Shown: positions 1-14,142, counted from the first letter of the stretch. The stretch: 64,000 nucleotides of DNA from Squalus acanthias (GCA_030390025.1 CM059433.1:19284001-19348000), one strand, 5' to 3'. Notes: generated by a model from the letters alone, not told the origin. Made by a program: numbers and translations.

Positions 1-871
1 GTCTTGGTAATGTCAATTGTACTAAATAAAAAGTTTCCCACAACATTTTATTCAGTTCAATTGACAGTATTATGAACAGTTCCAACAGCAACAAGTCAAA
101 TTAAAAACAGACATTATCGGAAGTGCACAAAATGCTAGAACATTTCTTACCACTTCACTGGGAGTGTTGATTTAAAAAAGAAAGTCCTGTCAGTAATGGC
201 TAAGGGCAGACCAAGTGATTCGTCCACGAGCATCAATTCTGGCGTAGGCAGTTACTGAGAGGGTAAAGTGGGTGGCAGAGCTGCTAATGCATCTCCCAAT
301 TATTATAAATGTCATTGGAATTAAGTCCAACTTTGTATTGCACTTTCCCCCTTAGCCCTCAAAAATGAAAAGGCCTGAGGCTACAAAATCTATGATCTGG
401 GGTGGAGCGCAATTCCAGAAGAGAGCTTTAGGTCAACTGGGTTTCCATGAAACCTTCACTGAGAAACTCTGCCCCAGTGGAGAGGATCCATGCCCGGAAC
501 ATTACAAAAGCAGCTTGGGGACATGCCTCGGGCGGTTTCCAAATTTTCCTGGGATGTCTTCCCAGAATGTCCCGATAGACTCAGTAGGACCTACCCTGGG
601 TTCTGTTTTGGACCTCCTGAAGATCCCAAGAAAAAAGCACCACAACTACTCAATAAAGTGATCAATTCTCTTAGCCTCACTGCTGCCTGGGGGGAGTGAG
701 GGCAATTTAAATGGCTGTTTTTATGCAGACGGTTACTAGAAATAGTAATGAAAGCAGAATGCACAATAACTTTTAAAAGGGAAGCGGTGGTAGGCACACT
801 TGGCGATGGACACTGAAGTTCCCCCATCCAGAGTATTCTCTGTGTCCTTGCTACTCTCAGTGCTTCCTTCA

Positions 872-1215
872 AATGGTGTTCAACATGGAGGATTGCTCAG
901 GGAGGGCAGTAAGTGGTAATCAGCAGGAGGTTTCCTTGCCCATGTTTGACCTCATGGGGTCCAGAGTCAATGTTGAGGACTCCTAGGGTCACTCCCACCC
1001 GACTGTATGCCACCACCTCTGATGGGTCTGTCCTGCCGGTGAGACAGGACATACACAGGGATGGTGATGGAGGAGTCTGGGACATTGGCTAATAGGTATG
1101 ATTCTGTGAGTATGACTATGTCAGGCTATTGCTTGACTAGTCTATGGGACAGCTCTCCCAACTTTTTGGCACCAGTCCCCAGATGTTAATGAGGAGGATT
1201 TTGCAGGGTCGTCCT
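872..1215 (-). mobile_element. Non-LTR retrotransposon fragment (APE endonuclease region, probably the Zenon-like family also at 37-39.5 kb)
   Basis: ORF 897-1085 contains GVLNIDSGPHEV..GQGNLLLITTYCPP, an endonuclease YRPP-like motif. Confidence 0.6.
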
Positions 1216-2355
1216 CGATGATTCTGAAAAATCCTTGCTGTATCTACTATACAAGAAGTGTCAGATTTAAGTTTATAAAATAAGCTCTACCGAGTCATTT
1301 GTAGTCCACGAAAGAAACAAAAGCTTAAATAATATTCACTTCCTCCCTACTCCCCTTTCAGAATCGGAGGAAAAAAGATCTCAGTCCAGCATATTTGATT
1401 GATCTGCCACCCATCTGTCTGGGCAGATACAAAAAAAAAAAAATACAAAAAAAAATTAAAAAAAAAAAAAAAAATCGCTGGGGAGAAAAATGGTTGCATA
1501 AGTTCAAATAGCAGCCTCCTAATATAAGTGAAACCATTTTATTATAAAGTCAGGTTATCTATTCAAAGCCGATTGATGGATAAAAGATAAAATGACAGTA
1601 GTTCCTACTGATGTCCTTCAACATGGATGAATTGCTGCTTCAGAATTGTTTGCGATACATTAAAGAACATGGTGAAATCTATTTTCTTTGAAGCAGAAAG
1701 AGGGCGAAAAGGAATGATAGTAGTAGCATCATCACAACTCTCGAAACAGGTCAACATTTTATTGACCTATATCTGGGGACTAAAATTTTACAACTGGTAT
1801 TTTATAACCCCTGGGGGAGGGTGCTAAAGTTAAAGTGTTCCTCTATTAGGGAGGGAGCCATAAACAACGGGTTGTATTAGAGGTCATAGTAAATTAAGGA
1901 AGGTTGTACTGCTGAGCTTGCTGATGAGAATGTAGTTATTTTCTGTGACAGCCAATACTAACCATCCACCAATGTATTCTCATTTGACGAACAGGTTCAC
2001 AATATACAGATGGTTACAAGAGCAGTTCTTATACTTCTCCCATCTGACTATCTTCAAAAAAGCTTTACTGCTTCCCAGGTCTAGTCCAATTACACATCAC
2101 TAACATCAAGCCAATAAAAAGTCCAAAACGCCTCATTTTAATAACTATCAGTAAAGGAAACTGTACTTCACCATGGTGTAAAATTGAAGTTGCCACAAAC
2201 TTGATCCTATAAATTGATGTTGACTGCCGGAAGCTGTCTGTGCTCTTTTTGGGAATACTGTGCGTCAACTTTACTAACTGTCCTGAGTCGGACAGAGTTA
2301 ATTTACACTACTGATCAAAAATAATGTATTCTGCCCTGATCGATTCCTTTTACAG

Positions 2356-2486
2356 AATCCATCTTAAAGGCTATAGCGGGACAGCAGGCAAGATAAGCAG
2401 TCTCAGCCAACTGGGAAATGATTTTAGTACGAAGGATTCAGACAATGACAAATGCATTTGCAAATGCTCACAAATGGCATCAGGAG
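2356..2486 (+). CDS. ANGPT2: Angiopoietin-2, penultimate coding exon (fibrinogen-related domain)
   Basis: Acceptor ttcctttTACAG|A at 2355/2356 and donor GAG|GTAAG at 2486/2487. Encodes (R)IHLKGYSGTAGKISSLSQLGNDFSTKDSDNDKCICKCSQMASG(G), matching the ANGPT2 C-terminal domain as I recall it. The phase-1 end joins in frame to the exon at 9344. Confidence 0.95.
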
Positions 2487-3387
2487 GTAAGAGGGAAAAT
2501 TGTTGTTTTCCACCTTTTTGTTTTCTAGAGGAAATTACTGGACCCTTGGAAAATGAACAAAGGTGTCAAGATGAGTGGCCAGAAGCAATGCTCGGGGCCA
2601 CTGATTTACAGTATTTAAATTCCATTTTCATTTCATGGGATTCTGGGAATTTTACCTGTTTTGGATCACATTCCAGAATTCCATCTGCTTATAATTAAGC
2701 AGATTTATGGTGACTGAATAAGTCAAATTATGTTTTTATTACATAGGACTCTGGGATTTTCCAGTACACAGTGTTTTGGGGACTGAATTCCACAATTCCA
2801 GTTCTTTTCCCATGAAAACCACAAATCAGCAACTTTAGCATTAGTACATCATTTGCCAAGTGTTTTTTGAATGTTAGCCTCCCCTAGCTGGTTAGCTAGA
2901 TTTTGCTCTTGTTCTGTAATTTGAAGTGACAGTGTGAATTAGTATTAAGTACTTATGTTTGCAGTTTGGCACACAAAGATTTATGCCTGAAAACATTACA
3001 TGAATACAAATTTGTATGCTTGTAGTCTCTGCCCCACTAAAATGCTCTTTTTCTTACGTGCTTGCAATGAGTAAACAAATATTTCATGCTGATTTACTTA
3101 TTTTTATAATTAGACGTCTTGTACATGGCACGCCTCACATTAAATGAGTCAGGTGGCACATAAAATCTAAGCACAAAAAATAAATTGTATTTAACCAATC
3201 AGAAATGAGAGTCCCACATATAACCACCTAATTAAATTGCTAATTTTTTTCTATTAGTACCAATCTAGTAGCAGCAGCTGTGACACAACAAACCAATCAC
3301 ATCAGAGTTTATTTTTGGAAACTGATTTCCACTGCTACCTTGATTTTTGGCCCAGCCAAATATATAACCACACAGAGCATTTGTACA

Positions 3388-4170
3388 TAACAACTTGCAT
3401 TTATATAGTGCCTTAAACTTCCCAAGGTGCTTCACAGGAGCGTTATGAAACAAAATTTGACAAAAAGTCACATAAGGAGATATTAGGGCAAGTAACCAAA
3501 AGCTTGGTCAAAGCGGTAGGTTTTAAGCAGCGTCTTAAACGAGGAAAGGTAGAGCGGTGAAGTAGTTTAGGGAGGGAATTCGAGAGCTGAGGGCCTAGGC
3601 AGCTGAAGGCACTGCTGCCAATAGGGGAACGATTAAAATCAGGGATACGCAAAAGTCAGAATTGGATGAGCGTAGAGATCTTGGGGGGGGGTTATAGGAG
3701 GCTACAGAGAGGGGAACAAGTGAGGCCATGGAGGCATTTGAAAACTAGGATGAGAATTTTAAAATCGAGGCGTTGCCAGACCAATGTAGGTCAGTGTGAT
3801 GGGTGAACGGGACTTGGTGCGAATTAGGATAGGGGCAGCAGAGCTTTGGATGAGCTCAACTTTATGGAGGCCGGAGGATGGCAGGCCGGCCAGGACAGCG
3901 TCAGAATAGTAAAGTCTAGAGGTAACAGAGGCATGGGTGAGGGTTTCAGCAACAGATAAACTAAGGCAGGGCGGAGACGAGCGATGTTACGGAGGTGGAA
4001 ATAGGCAGTCTTGGTAATGGAGCAGATATGGCATCAGAAGCTCATCTCAGGATCAAATAGGATGCACAGGTTGCAAACAGTCTGGTTCAGCCTCAGACAG
4101 TGGCCAAGGAGAGGGATGTCGTCATTCGCTAGGGAATGAAGTTTGTGGTGGTGCTTCGGTCTTCCCAATT
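3388..4170 (-). mobile_element. L2 LINE 3' fragment
   Basis: Reverse complement resembles the L2 3' end at 47000-47765, including the gcactatataaatgcaagttgtt tail. Confidence 0.8.
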
Positions 4171-6547
4171 TATTAGTTAAATAATTTGTAATAAAACACT
4201 AAATATACCCCAAAATCAGCCATTGTACATCATAAATGCCTTCAATAAATTTGCTCTACACAGGCCTGCTCCATTTTCTAGATCCTGGGGCTTAAGTTCT
4301 GTTGCATTCCCCAGGTTTTGTTACATAGCTGAGCCTTCAGAGTGAAGAATCTCAATCAAGTAGCAGATTCCTAAAATGTACCCAAAGCATCACCTGAATG
4401 CACATATACCAGAGTGTAACAGTGTCAATATGTGAATCCTTCACAGATTACAATTCCCAAAATGCAACCTAAGGCTGCAACTTTTTCCGCAGTCTGGACA
4501 GGGAGGGTGAGACTTACACACAGGATGTTGTGGCATGTTCTGTGACTAACCAATGCTGCTGTCAATCATTAAAACAATTCTGGTGCTTTAAAAATATATC
4601 CTTCCACATGTAGGGTTCTGATTAGAACCAGGACCAAAAAAAAAATTCCCTCAAAATAGCTGCTGTCACAATTTCCCATATCCCCAGTGCAATTAAACAG
4701 ACACATCTCCACTTTGAGGTCCAGTGGTTTTAAAATTCCATTTCTCCCCCCCCAGTGTGCTCTACCCAAACTAAGCCAACACTAAACTCTACAACCTCAT
4801 TCCCGACTCCAAACTATGCGTAAGCATTGCAATTGGAGATCGGTTTAATATATTCCAAGCACTGCATGTTGTCAAACACAGGAAATTATATATTTCATTA
4901 AACAAATCGAATTTAAGGTTCCATTCATTGGATTAAAGGGGACATCTTTCATATATGTCAGTTTAAATTTGCCTTAATCATGAAATGCCTATCCTACTAC
5001 ATTATCTTCAGAACATAAGGCAGGGAATGCCAGACTCAATTAATGTCATAAGTCAAAGGAGCAAAATGAAAGTGGTCCATCAGTCATCTAAACTCCAAAT
5101 GTTTGTTGCAGCCTTGAAAACACAGCCAACATGTACAATTCTCCAGCTTCCAAGCCTTTTTCCAAGGAACTGCATCAGCAGTGACTGCCATCAGATAGTC
5201 ATCAAAAATTTCTGTGCATCATTACACAGAAATATATTTTTAATTAAAAAAAGTATGATGCTAGGTCAGATTTAAAAAAAAATGGAAAATAAAATGTAAA
5301 AACAATGTATAAATACTGCACAATGACACCATGATTGCCCATGGTAGCGGAGAAAATTGGCCTTGCTAAATTCTCCATGGCAAGCTCCTTCCCTTCATTG
5401 TATCTTAAGATGTGGCTCCAGCCGTTACAGGGACAATGCATGACCAGAGGTTCTAAGCCAACAGGGTAGTGCTGCAGCAACCAATAGCATCCTACTACCA
5501 CAGTTGCTCCTCTCACTTGAACACTTCTACAGCCTTAGGTTGAGGAGTAGGATGAGCACGCCTCATCGGAGCATCAAAGGATGCACTGGTGTAGGACTTG
5601 AAGCACCTGTGTACTGTAAATAGCATTCAAGATCAGTTTTCTTTCTTTCTTTGGGTGCGTGGTGCTTTAATGGATGGGGCCGTGGAAAGAGAATCAGTGC
5701 TGGGAGGGTGGCTTCAAGTGCAGCAAATGGGCAGCATGTTCTTAGGGCTGCAACATGTGGAAAGTCTAAGTTGGTCAGTGGCAGGAGGTGTTCACTGGTG
5801 GAAGTAGTTGTCTGCAACAGAGTTCTACTCCAAACTCTCAACCTGCACATAACCTCCCTCCACGTGCCCTCCTCCTCTTTCCCATCTGCCTGCTGTAGGG
5901 CTGCCCACTCACCTGCGTGCTCCCCATGCCTTATGACGTCGTCTGTAAACACAAAATATGCAATACAGCAGTAGTTCAGGGTATTGATATGTTATGGCAC
6001 AGGCATTCCTCAAGCCCAAAGCCAAGCGACTGTTCATCATCAATATTGAACTTGAACAATTAAATCTCGCCCTCAGTAGAATACACCAATACGTAATCCC
6101 CTCCTCAGAAATCCGAGACAAGCCATCTTTACTGGATTCAGGAGCATCTAGTAGCTTCTATACAATTCCTACCTTCTTGATTCCCTCAACATACACCTAT
6201 GGTATATTAGTTGCTATACTTAACCTCTAGAAAGCTTTGTTAGGCCTCGAAGTATCACAACTGATGTTATGTTTAATTGCCACAGGACAGTTTTCAATAC
6301 TGCCCATCTGAAAATAAGAAAATAAACAACAAAAAACCCAATTCAACTCATCAAGTCCTTCTACAAACCATCAATAATAGGCTCCATCATACGTTCTACT
6401 AAACCTATTTCCTTTCCTAAGGAAAGATTCAGCAGAGGTAAACCAAGTGAGATTCCACAATATCTAACTTCACACCCTACAAAATCCATTTTTAACTAGT
6501 TGTCTTCCTTAGCTTCATAGTTCGATCCATGCCTGAGCGCTCTGGAA

Positions 6548-7165
6548 CCATCACAGAATCTTACAGCAGAGAAGGAGGCCATTCGGCCCATCATGCCTGT
6601 GCCGGCTCTTTGAAGGAGCTTATCCACTTAGTCCTGCTATTTTCCCATAACGTGCAACTTTTTCCTTTTCAATTATATATCCAATTCCCAATAAATATAT
6701 ATATCCAAAGTTGCTATTGAATCTGCTTCCACCACCCTTTCAGGCAGATCATAAAAACTCACTGCGTAAAAAAAAAAATTCTCCTCATCTCATCCCTGGT
6801 TCTTTTGTCGATTATCTTAAATGTGTGCCCTTTGGTTACTGACCCTCCAACCATTGGAAACAGTTTCTCATTATTCACTTTAGCCAAACCCTTAATAGTT
6901 TTGAACGCCTCTATTAAATCTCCCCTTAACCTTCCCTACTCTAAAGGAGAACAATCCCAACTTCTGTAGTCTCTCCACATAACTGAAGGCCCTCATCCTG
7001 GTATAATTCCATCAGATCAACAACAAAGCAACAACTTGTATTTATATAGTGCCTTTAACATAGTAAAACGTCCCAAGACGCTTCACAGGAGCGTTATCAA
7101 ACAAAATCTGACACCGAGTCACATAAGGAGATATTAGGATAGGTGACCAAAAGCTTGGTCAATAG
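6548..7165 (-). mobile_element. CR1 3' fragment (6548-7010) followed by an L2 3' tail (7018-7165)
   Basis: CR1 tail motif gaaggaggccattcggccc and L2 tail caacaacttgtatttatatagtgccttt. Confidence 0.75.
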
Positions 7166-7594
7166 GATTCAATCATCTGCTTTGTACTTCTTGTAACCCT
7201 CAAACATATTCTGCTGGAATTATGTTGCATTGAACAAGAAACAAGCTCAATTTCTGCATTTAAGATTCAGTTAATCTCCAATATTACGTCCATGATGTTG
7301 TCAGTTATCTAAATTGTTACTGCAACAGTAGGTACTCAACCAACGCTTTTTATTGTTTTGTAACCTTTGACCCATGTCTTTCTCATTGCCTCTGCTTATT
7401 ATTGAGGGTCCTGAGTCTCCTGTGGGACATGGATCTCTTTTGCTGCTTCTCTATTCCTTATTACAAGATTCCTCAAAGACTTGGATCTCTTCCCATTCCT
7501 GTCACACTGCAGCTAAAAATACAATAATCATGAAGGAGATTTAAAAAAATACTTGTTTTGACATTTAGTGGAGACACAACCTTGTCTCTCCAGG

Positions 7595-9262
7595 TTAGAA
7601 TCTCTTCAGTCAAGTTTCCACCCCTGCCACAGCACTGAAACGGCCCTAATCAAAGTCACACAATGATATCCTCTTCCTCTGTGATTGACCATGCTGAATT
7701 ATCCCTTCTCGACCTCTCTGCAGCCTTTGACATGGTTAACCACACCATCCTCCTCCAAAGCCCCTCTGTTCTCAAGCTCAGTGGAACTGCCCTTGCTTGG
7801 TTCCCCTCTTACCTATCCAATCTGTTAAGAGAATCAAGGGTAGAAATAGCGGAGGCTCTGACCGTCATTTTCCAATCCTCTCTGGCCACAGGTGTGATGC
7901 TGGAGGACTGCTAACATTGTACCATTGCAATTAAAGGCCAGTCAGCCTAACCTCGGTGGTGGGCAAATTATTGGAAAAAATTCTGAAGGACAGTATAAAT
8001 CGTCTATTGGAAAGGCACGGATTAATCAAGGACAGTCAGCATGGATTTGTTAAGGGAATGTCTGACTAACTTGATTGAATTTTTTGAGGAGGTAACAAGG
8101 AGGGTCGATGAGGGTAGCGAGTTTGATGTAGTCTGCATGGATTTTAGCAAGGCTTTTGACAAGGTCCCACAGGGCAGACTGGTCAGAAAAGTAAAAGCCC
8201 ATGGGATCCAAGGAAAAGTAGCAAATTGGATACAAAATTGGCTCAGTGGCAGGAAGCAAAGGGTAATGGTTCACGGGTGTTTTCGTGACTGGAAGGCTGT
8301 TTCGAGTGGGGTTCCTCAGAGCTCAGTACTAAGTCCCTTGCTTTTTGTGGTATATATCAATGATTTAGACTTCAGTGTAGGGGACATAACTAAGAAATTT
8401 GCAGATGATACAAAAATTGGCCGTGTGGTTGATAGTGAGGAATAACGCTGTAGACCGCAGGACGCTATCAATGGACTAGACAGGTGGGCAGAAAAGTGGC
8501 AAATGGCCACTCTCGGTCAATGAGCACAGGAGTGGTGGTTGAGTGTGACTTGGTGGGGGATAGGATGTGGATAGCTAGCAGAGCATTGCAGCAGTTAAGT
8601 CTGGAGGTGACAAAGGCATGGATAAGGGTTGCAGCAGCAGATGGGCTGAGGCAGGTTGGAGACGGGTAATGTTATGGAGGTGGATGTCGGTGGTCTTTTT
8701 GGTGGAGAGTATATGGGGTCGGAAGATCGGCTTTGGATCAAGTAGGATACCGAGTTGCGAACACTCTAGTTCAACCTCTCTCACTTCTCTCGACTCCTCC
8801 ACTGTCTGTGCTATCAGACTGCTTGATCCCGGCATCCAGTCTTGGATCATAGATTAGTACAGCACAGAAGGAGGCCATTTGGCCCATCGAGTCTGCGCCG
8901 GCTCTTTCAAAGAGCAATCCAGTTAGTCCCACTTCCCAGCTCTTTCCCATATCCTTGCAATTTTATTCTCCTTTCAAGTATTTATCCAATTCCTTTTTGA
9001 AGAGAGATAGAGCTGGGTTCCGTCAGTATGTGTGGAAGTCGACGCCGTGTCTTCAGATGATGTCGCCAAGGGGTAGCATGTAGCTGATGAAGTGGAGAGG
9101 GACCCTTGGGGGAACACCAGTGTTAATAGTGTGGCGGCGGGAAGAGAAGCCATTGCTGGAGGTGCTCTATCTGTGATTCATAGAATCATAGAAAATGTAC
9201 AGCACAGAAGGAGGCCATTCAGCCCATCGTGTCTGTGCCAACCTGAAAAGAGCTATCCAGCC
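7595..9262. mobile_element. Composite of scrambled L2 pieces, a CR1 RT fragment (7822-8505 +) and two minus-strand CR1 tails
   Basis: ORF 8041-8445 has CR1 RT motifs (DFSKAFDKV, SGVPQ, FADDTK). ORF 7663 has the L2 motif LLDLSAAFD. The L2 pieces alternate in orientation. Confidence 0.8.
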
Positions 9263-9343
9263 CACAGGAGAAAAGTATATCTATTGCAGCTTTTGGCATC
9301 TACCCCCATTTGATGATTTTTGTTGTATTTTTCCCCCCCTCAG

Positions 9344-9504
9344 GATGGTGGTTTGATGCTTGTGGTCCATCCAACCTGAATGGATTATACTACTCAGCAG
9401 GGCAGAATACAAATAGATTCAATGGAATCAAATGGTACTACTGGAAAGGGTCAGGATACTCTCTGAAAGCTACTACTATGATGATCAGACCTGCAGACTT
9501 CTGA
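9344..9504 (+). CDS. ANGPT2: Angiopoietin-2, last coding exon to TGA stop
   Basis: Polypyrimidine tract plus CAG acceptor ending at 9343. Encodes GWWFDACGPSNLNGLYYSAGQNTNRFNGIKWYYWKGSGYSLKATTMMIRPADF*. The WYYWKGSGYSLKATTMMIRPADF ending is characteristic of ANGPT2 rather than ANGPT1. Confidence 0.96.
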
Positions 9505-12484
9505 TTATGGATTCTTGTACATAGATTGTTTTTGTCAGTCCATATGATGTATAAAGACATTTTTTTCAGCAAATCTGTAAAGACACGATTACTACTATAT
9601 TTAAAATGTTGACTAATATGTACACCACGCATTAATATTTTTAAGTTGTCTGTTTGGAAGCAAAGAAGCCAGGAACCAATGAACAAATGAGGACAAAATT
9701 GCTTGTAAATTGCTTTGCATCTATTTTTATTGTAGTCAATTCCACTTTATGGGGAAGCTTCTTTAATCAACACTGGGACTACTATAATGTCAACTGAAGT
9801 TGAATCCCTGGAAGAGAAGGTTATTTTTTAATCTTAGAGACACTACTAAATATAGTCATATGGAAAACTGAGTGTTTTACATTTCAGATGGTATGTTAAT
9901 GAGTAATGAGTGCTTGAGCAGCTCCCAATGACACTGATTTCAATAGAAATTGTTCATCAGAGAATTAATATTGATCTCCAAAGAAAAAAAAACTGGAACT
10001 GTGAAAGATCATCAATACTATTAAAAAGAACCACACTTTTAAGATTCAAAATTTAACAGTTATTTCAAAATAATAATTTTTCCCATCAATAAGTTTTTTT
10101 TGATCTTGTAACCTAAATTTTTCTTCTTACAGACTACATACCATCACAAAGTATACTGCACCAAATTGAGTTTGTTTAGTTAATTCTTATTTTTTGGAAT
10201 GAAACTAAAAGTTCATCGAAAAAGCCACTGTAAAATTACTTTGGTGCCATTGTCTGTTATGTTCTACACAATTTCTGCCATTATCGGCATTGGATTGAAC
10301 GTTAAATTATCTGACATAGATAAAGTAGGCACCTCTATTTTGTTCAAGAAATTTAAATTCCACATACAGTTACTATTTACTGTCATCCATTTGGAGAGAA
10401 AAAAATCACCGATAAGGATACTGTCCCTTTGCACTGCCATTGCAATTGAATAATCCAATGTATCTAATACCTTGATTTGCACTACATTGAGTTCTTCAAT
10501 TGGAGGAGATAGCAGAGGTCAATGCAACACAAGAAATAGTCACACTTCTAAGCAGCACCAGGTTAGAGACAAAATTGGTGGTTAGGATGAGCAGAAGGTT
10601 TGTAGATTATTCCTTATTCATTCAACTTCCGTAAACAATTAAGATTCTCCCAAAGTAGTCAGAAGACTTTTAGAGTAATTGGACTCCAAAATCATAAATG
10701 TTCAGATCAGTTTGGGGCAGAGAGTGTTTCATTTTGAATTGCCAGATCTAAACAATGATCTTTGGCAAAACCAAGTTATACCAGATACCTGCTCTTCAGA
10801 TGGCATTGAAGAAATCTTCCAATGTTGGCCTATGAAATAACTATGGACAGAATGAGCTCAAACTTTGCTTTGTAATTGTTGCTCGGTGAGAATAACACAG
10901 CACACAAAAAATACATTCTTCTTGATTAGCTGATCTCTGCTAAGTGATACACTTACTTGAGGTTTTGGTCCCAGAGACTAAAAATTCTTGCCTTGTTTGG
11001 CAAATGCTCTTAGTTCTACTTGAATACAAATTTAAGCAGTGTGATAATATTTCTTTTCTAGAAGAGAAACATGATTTCTTAAGTCAAGACACTCAAAGGC
11101 AACTTTCAGGAAAAATCATGGATAGGTTCTACTGTACTAAGCATGATACAGTTGAATCATCACTAATGTGTGAAGTTCACTGACCCTCTGTGCTTATGCA
11201 GGGGCCAGCGAAGTAACATTTTCAATACAAGAAACTTAAGATCACACAAACCCATGGGGTCAATAGATTCTCACAACAGTTTGTTTAAGACCAAGTTGAA
11301 ACCTCAAGTTGAAGTGAACAAAATATGGCATTTCAGGTGCCTTTTAGCATCTGGAATATTGTTGTGGATTTACTTGGGGAAAAAAAATTAAGGCAGTATG
11401 TTTTAAATGTGTGCCATTACACTTGTATGATTCTCTTTATTCCTAGCCTCAAATTGCTCTCACCATTACTTCAATCTGGTAACATACAGTTTTCTCCTTT
11501 TAATTCAAATTATCCAATAATTCTAATTTTTTTCCAAACACAATTTTTTTTACTTTGCTGTGTCATTTATGCTATTTAATTCAAATTATTTTATTATTCA
11601 ATCATTTTTAATAGAAGAAATGACTAGATTATCAGCAGTAGACTGTATCGTTCAAATACTCCAATACAACCCAAGTTTGGAAGATAAGAATTTGCAATGT
11701 AACTCTCATGCTGGGCATTTTTCACAACTCAAAAGAATATGAAATTTTACACACACAATATTAAGATTTACTAAAATCCTGGTGACAACATTGAACAATG
11801 ATATATTCTTTAACTGGATCAGCCACATGTAATCTAAAATTTCCTGATCCTGCACTACAATGTCACCAAACAGGGCTTTCAGAAGTTACACGAGAGAAGC
11901 ATGAAGAGATCTGCTAAGACTGGGGCCCTTAAAGGGGTGTCTTTATTGCACAAAGCAACATCTATGGAAATTAACACATTGCCAGATGGAATGACTCCAC
12001 CTTAGATAAGCATCCCTCCCCAAAAGCAGTAAACAAAAACAGACTATGAAGAAGCATAAATACTCTGCAATTGTATGATGATTAAGATTTGAATGGCAGA
12101 GCACAGAACTGTGTCACAACACTGAAGTAGATCCCATTTTAGTTTTGAAATGCACATAATCACTATTAACATCAGCACTAACATAAAATTCTATCCATTA
12201 CTACAGTGTAGATTCACTGCTTGTTCTCATTTTCAAAACTACACTTAACTAAAAGCTTTAAGAAAAAAATGTTGTCTTCTTGCTATTCATGCACTTGAAA
12301 AGGTTTTGCTGCTGATAGAAAGTAGGTAACTGGTTTCCTGAAATGGTGCAGCACACACTGTGGCTGCAAGCATGCCCGGATTTCTGAATGCTTGACGTCA
12401 GTAGAGTCTTTTTTAAACCACATGACCATGCAGCTTACACTTAAAAAAACATTGATTTTTATGACCAGGAAATGTTGCAACTAA

Positions 12485-12680
12485 GAATCAGAGAGTACGG
12501 AAGGAAGTCATCTGGCCCATTGTGCCTGTGCCAACTCTTTGAAAGAGCGATCCAATTAGTCCCACTCCCCCGCTCTTCCCTCATAGCCCTGCAAATTTTT
12601 CCTTTTCAAGTATTTATCCAATTCCCTTTTGAAAGTTACTATTGAATCTGCTTCCACCACTCTGTCAGGCAGTGCAGCAT
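12485..12680 (-). mobile_element. CR1 3' end fragment
   Basis: ORF 12556-12750 ends LPDRVVEADSIVTFKRELDKYL...GYEGRAGEWD, a CR1 ORF2 C-terminus. Confidence 0.8.
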
Positions 12681-13339
12681 GGGACAAGATTACTTGTTTA
12701 ACAGCAATAAAAGCGAAGAAGCATGGCTTCATACGTGGAATACCAAGCACTAAAATAAGCCAAACCTTACGTATGGTTCAGCAGCATCACTTTTTCAATG
12801 AAAAAAACTCTGTTGTAAAGCACTTAATGCAACTATTCAGAGTACAACAGTATGCCAAGTGGCAATGCACTGTTGATATTTGAGTTGAACGTAACATACA
12901 TCATATAGAAAAAGATACAACTCTTCACTCATGGCCCTTCCTAGTTCCTGGTAATGGGATAAGGTGACATTTCATTTTTATGTATTTTCATTAAAGCAGA
13001 TCACCAACCACTGGTACAGTCCTCCTTATTTTTGAAATACATTATCTACATACAGCAACACAGTCTTGCATTCTCACTGTGTCTGAACAACCACTTGATA
13101 TTTTTCTTATCCACTGTATGAAAGAGGCTACTCTGAGCTCTGCCCTCAGTTCTTTATCTGAAGGAGACCATTGAGACCCTGGGAAGGCCAAAATCCTAAA
13201 ACCAACGTAACAGGAAATAGCTTCAAAATCACATTAGCTAAGGAGGAAATGAAGAGTAAGTTGGGAGGGAGCTTTGTGAGGTTGAACCAAATAATGTGGA
13301 AGACTACACAAAGGCAAGCAAATCTCTTTCCTCTTCATA

Positions 13340-13730
13340 TGGTCAGCTTGGCAGCACTTGCACCTCAGAATCAAAATTTGTGGATTCAAGTCCCACTCCA
13401 CAATTTGAACATGTAATCTAGGCTGACACTTCAGTGCAGTACTGAGGTAGTGCTGCATTGTCAGAGGTGTTGTCTTTCAGTGAGGTGTTAAGCCAACGGG
13501 ATCTCCTGGTGACCTGGCGAGCATTCATCCCTCAAACAACATTACCAAACAAACAGATTAATTGGTCATCCATCTCATTTGCGGTTTGTGGGATCTTGCT
13601 GTATGCAAATTAGATGCTGGATTTATCTAGATAAAACAGCAGTGACAACGCTTCAAAAATAATTAATTGCATGTGAATCACTTTGGGATGTCCTAGAGAC
13701 TTGACAAGGCATTATATAAATAACTATTCA
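13340..13730 (+). mobile_element. SacSINE1/DeuSINE-type tRNA-derived SINE
   Basis: tRNA-like head (ggttcaagtcccact-like B box), ctgacacttcagtgcagtactgag core and L2-like tail. Homologous to 60776-61210. Confidence 0.75.
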
Positions 13731-13741
13731 TTTATTTAAAA

Positions 13742-14142
13742 CAAAGAAAGATTTTCATTTCTTTTAGCTCCTTTCACAACCTCAGGACATCCCAAAGTGC
13801 TTCACAATGACGTACTTTTTGAAATATAGTCACTTGTATTGTAGGAAACACGGAAGCAAGGTACTACAAACAGCAATGTGATAATGACCAGATAATGTTT
13901 TTTTTAAAAAAAGTGATGTTGGTTAAGGGATAAATATTGGCCACGATACCGGGGAGAACTCCCCTGCTCTTTGAAATAGTCCCATGGGAACTTTTACATC
14001 CACCTGAGAGGGCACCTCCGACAATGCAGTACTCCCTCAGTACTGCACTATCAGCCTAGAATTTCTGCTCAAGTCTCTGGAGTGGGACTCGAACCCACCA
14101 CCTTCTGACCCAGAAGCGAGTACTATCACTGAGTCACAGCTG
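13742..14142 (-). mobile_element. SacSINE1/DeuSINE-type SINE, tail-to-tail with the previous copy
   Basis: Reverse complement begins gtgtcagctgtgactcagtgatagtactcgc...gggttcgagtcccactccagag, the same family head. Confidence 0.8.

Noticed and set aside
1431..1474. A-rich tract as a retrocopy tail
   Set aside because: No recognisable retrocopy body or TSD upstream. Treated as low-complexity sequence.
10020..12711. ANGPT2 polyadenylation site (ATTAAA at 10020, AATAAA at ~12706)
   Set aside because: I cannot choose between such hexamers in AT-rich sequence without 3'-end data.
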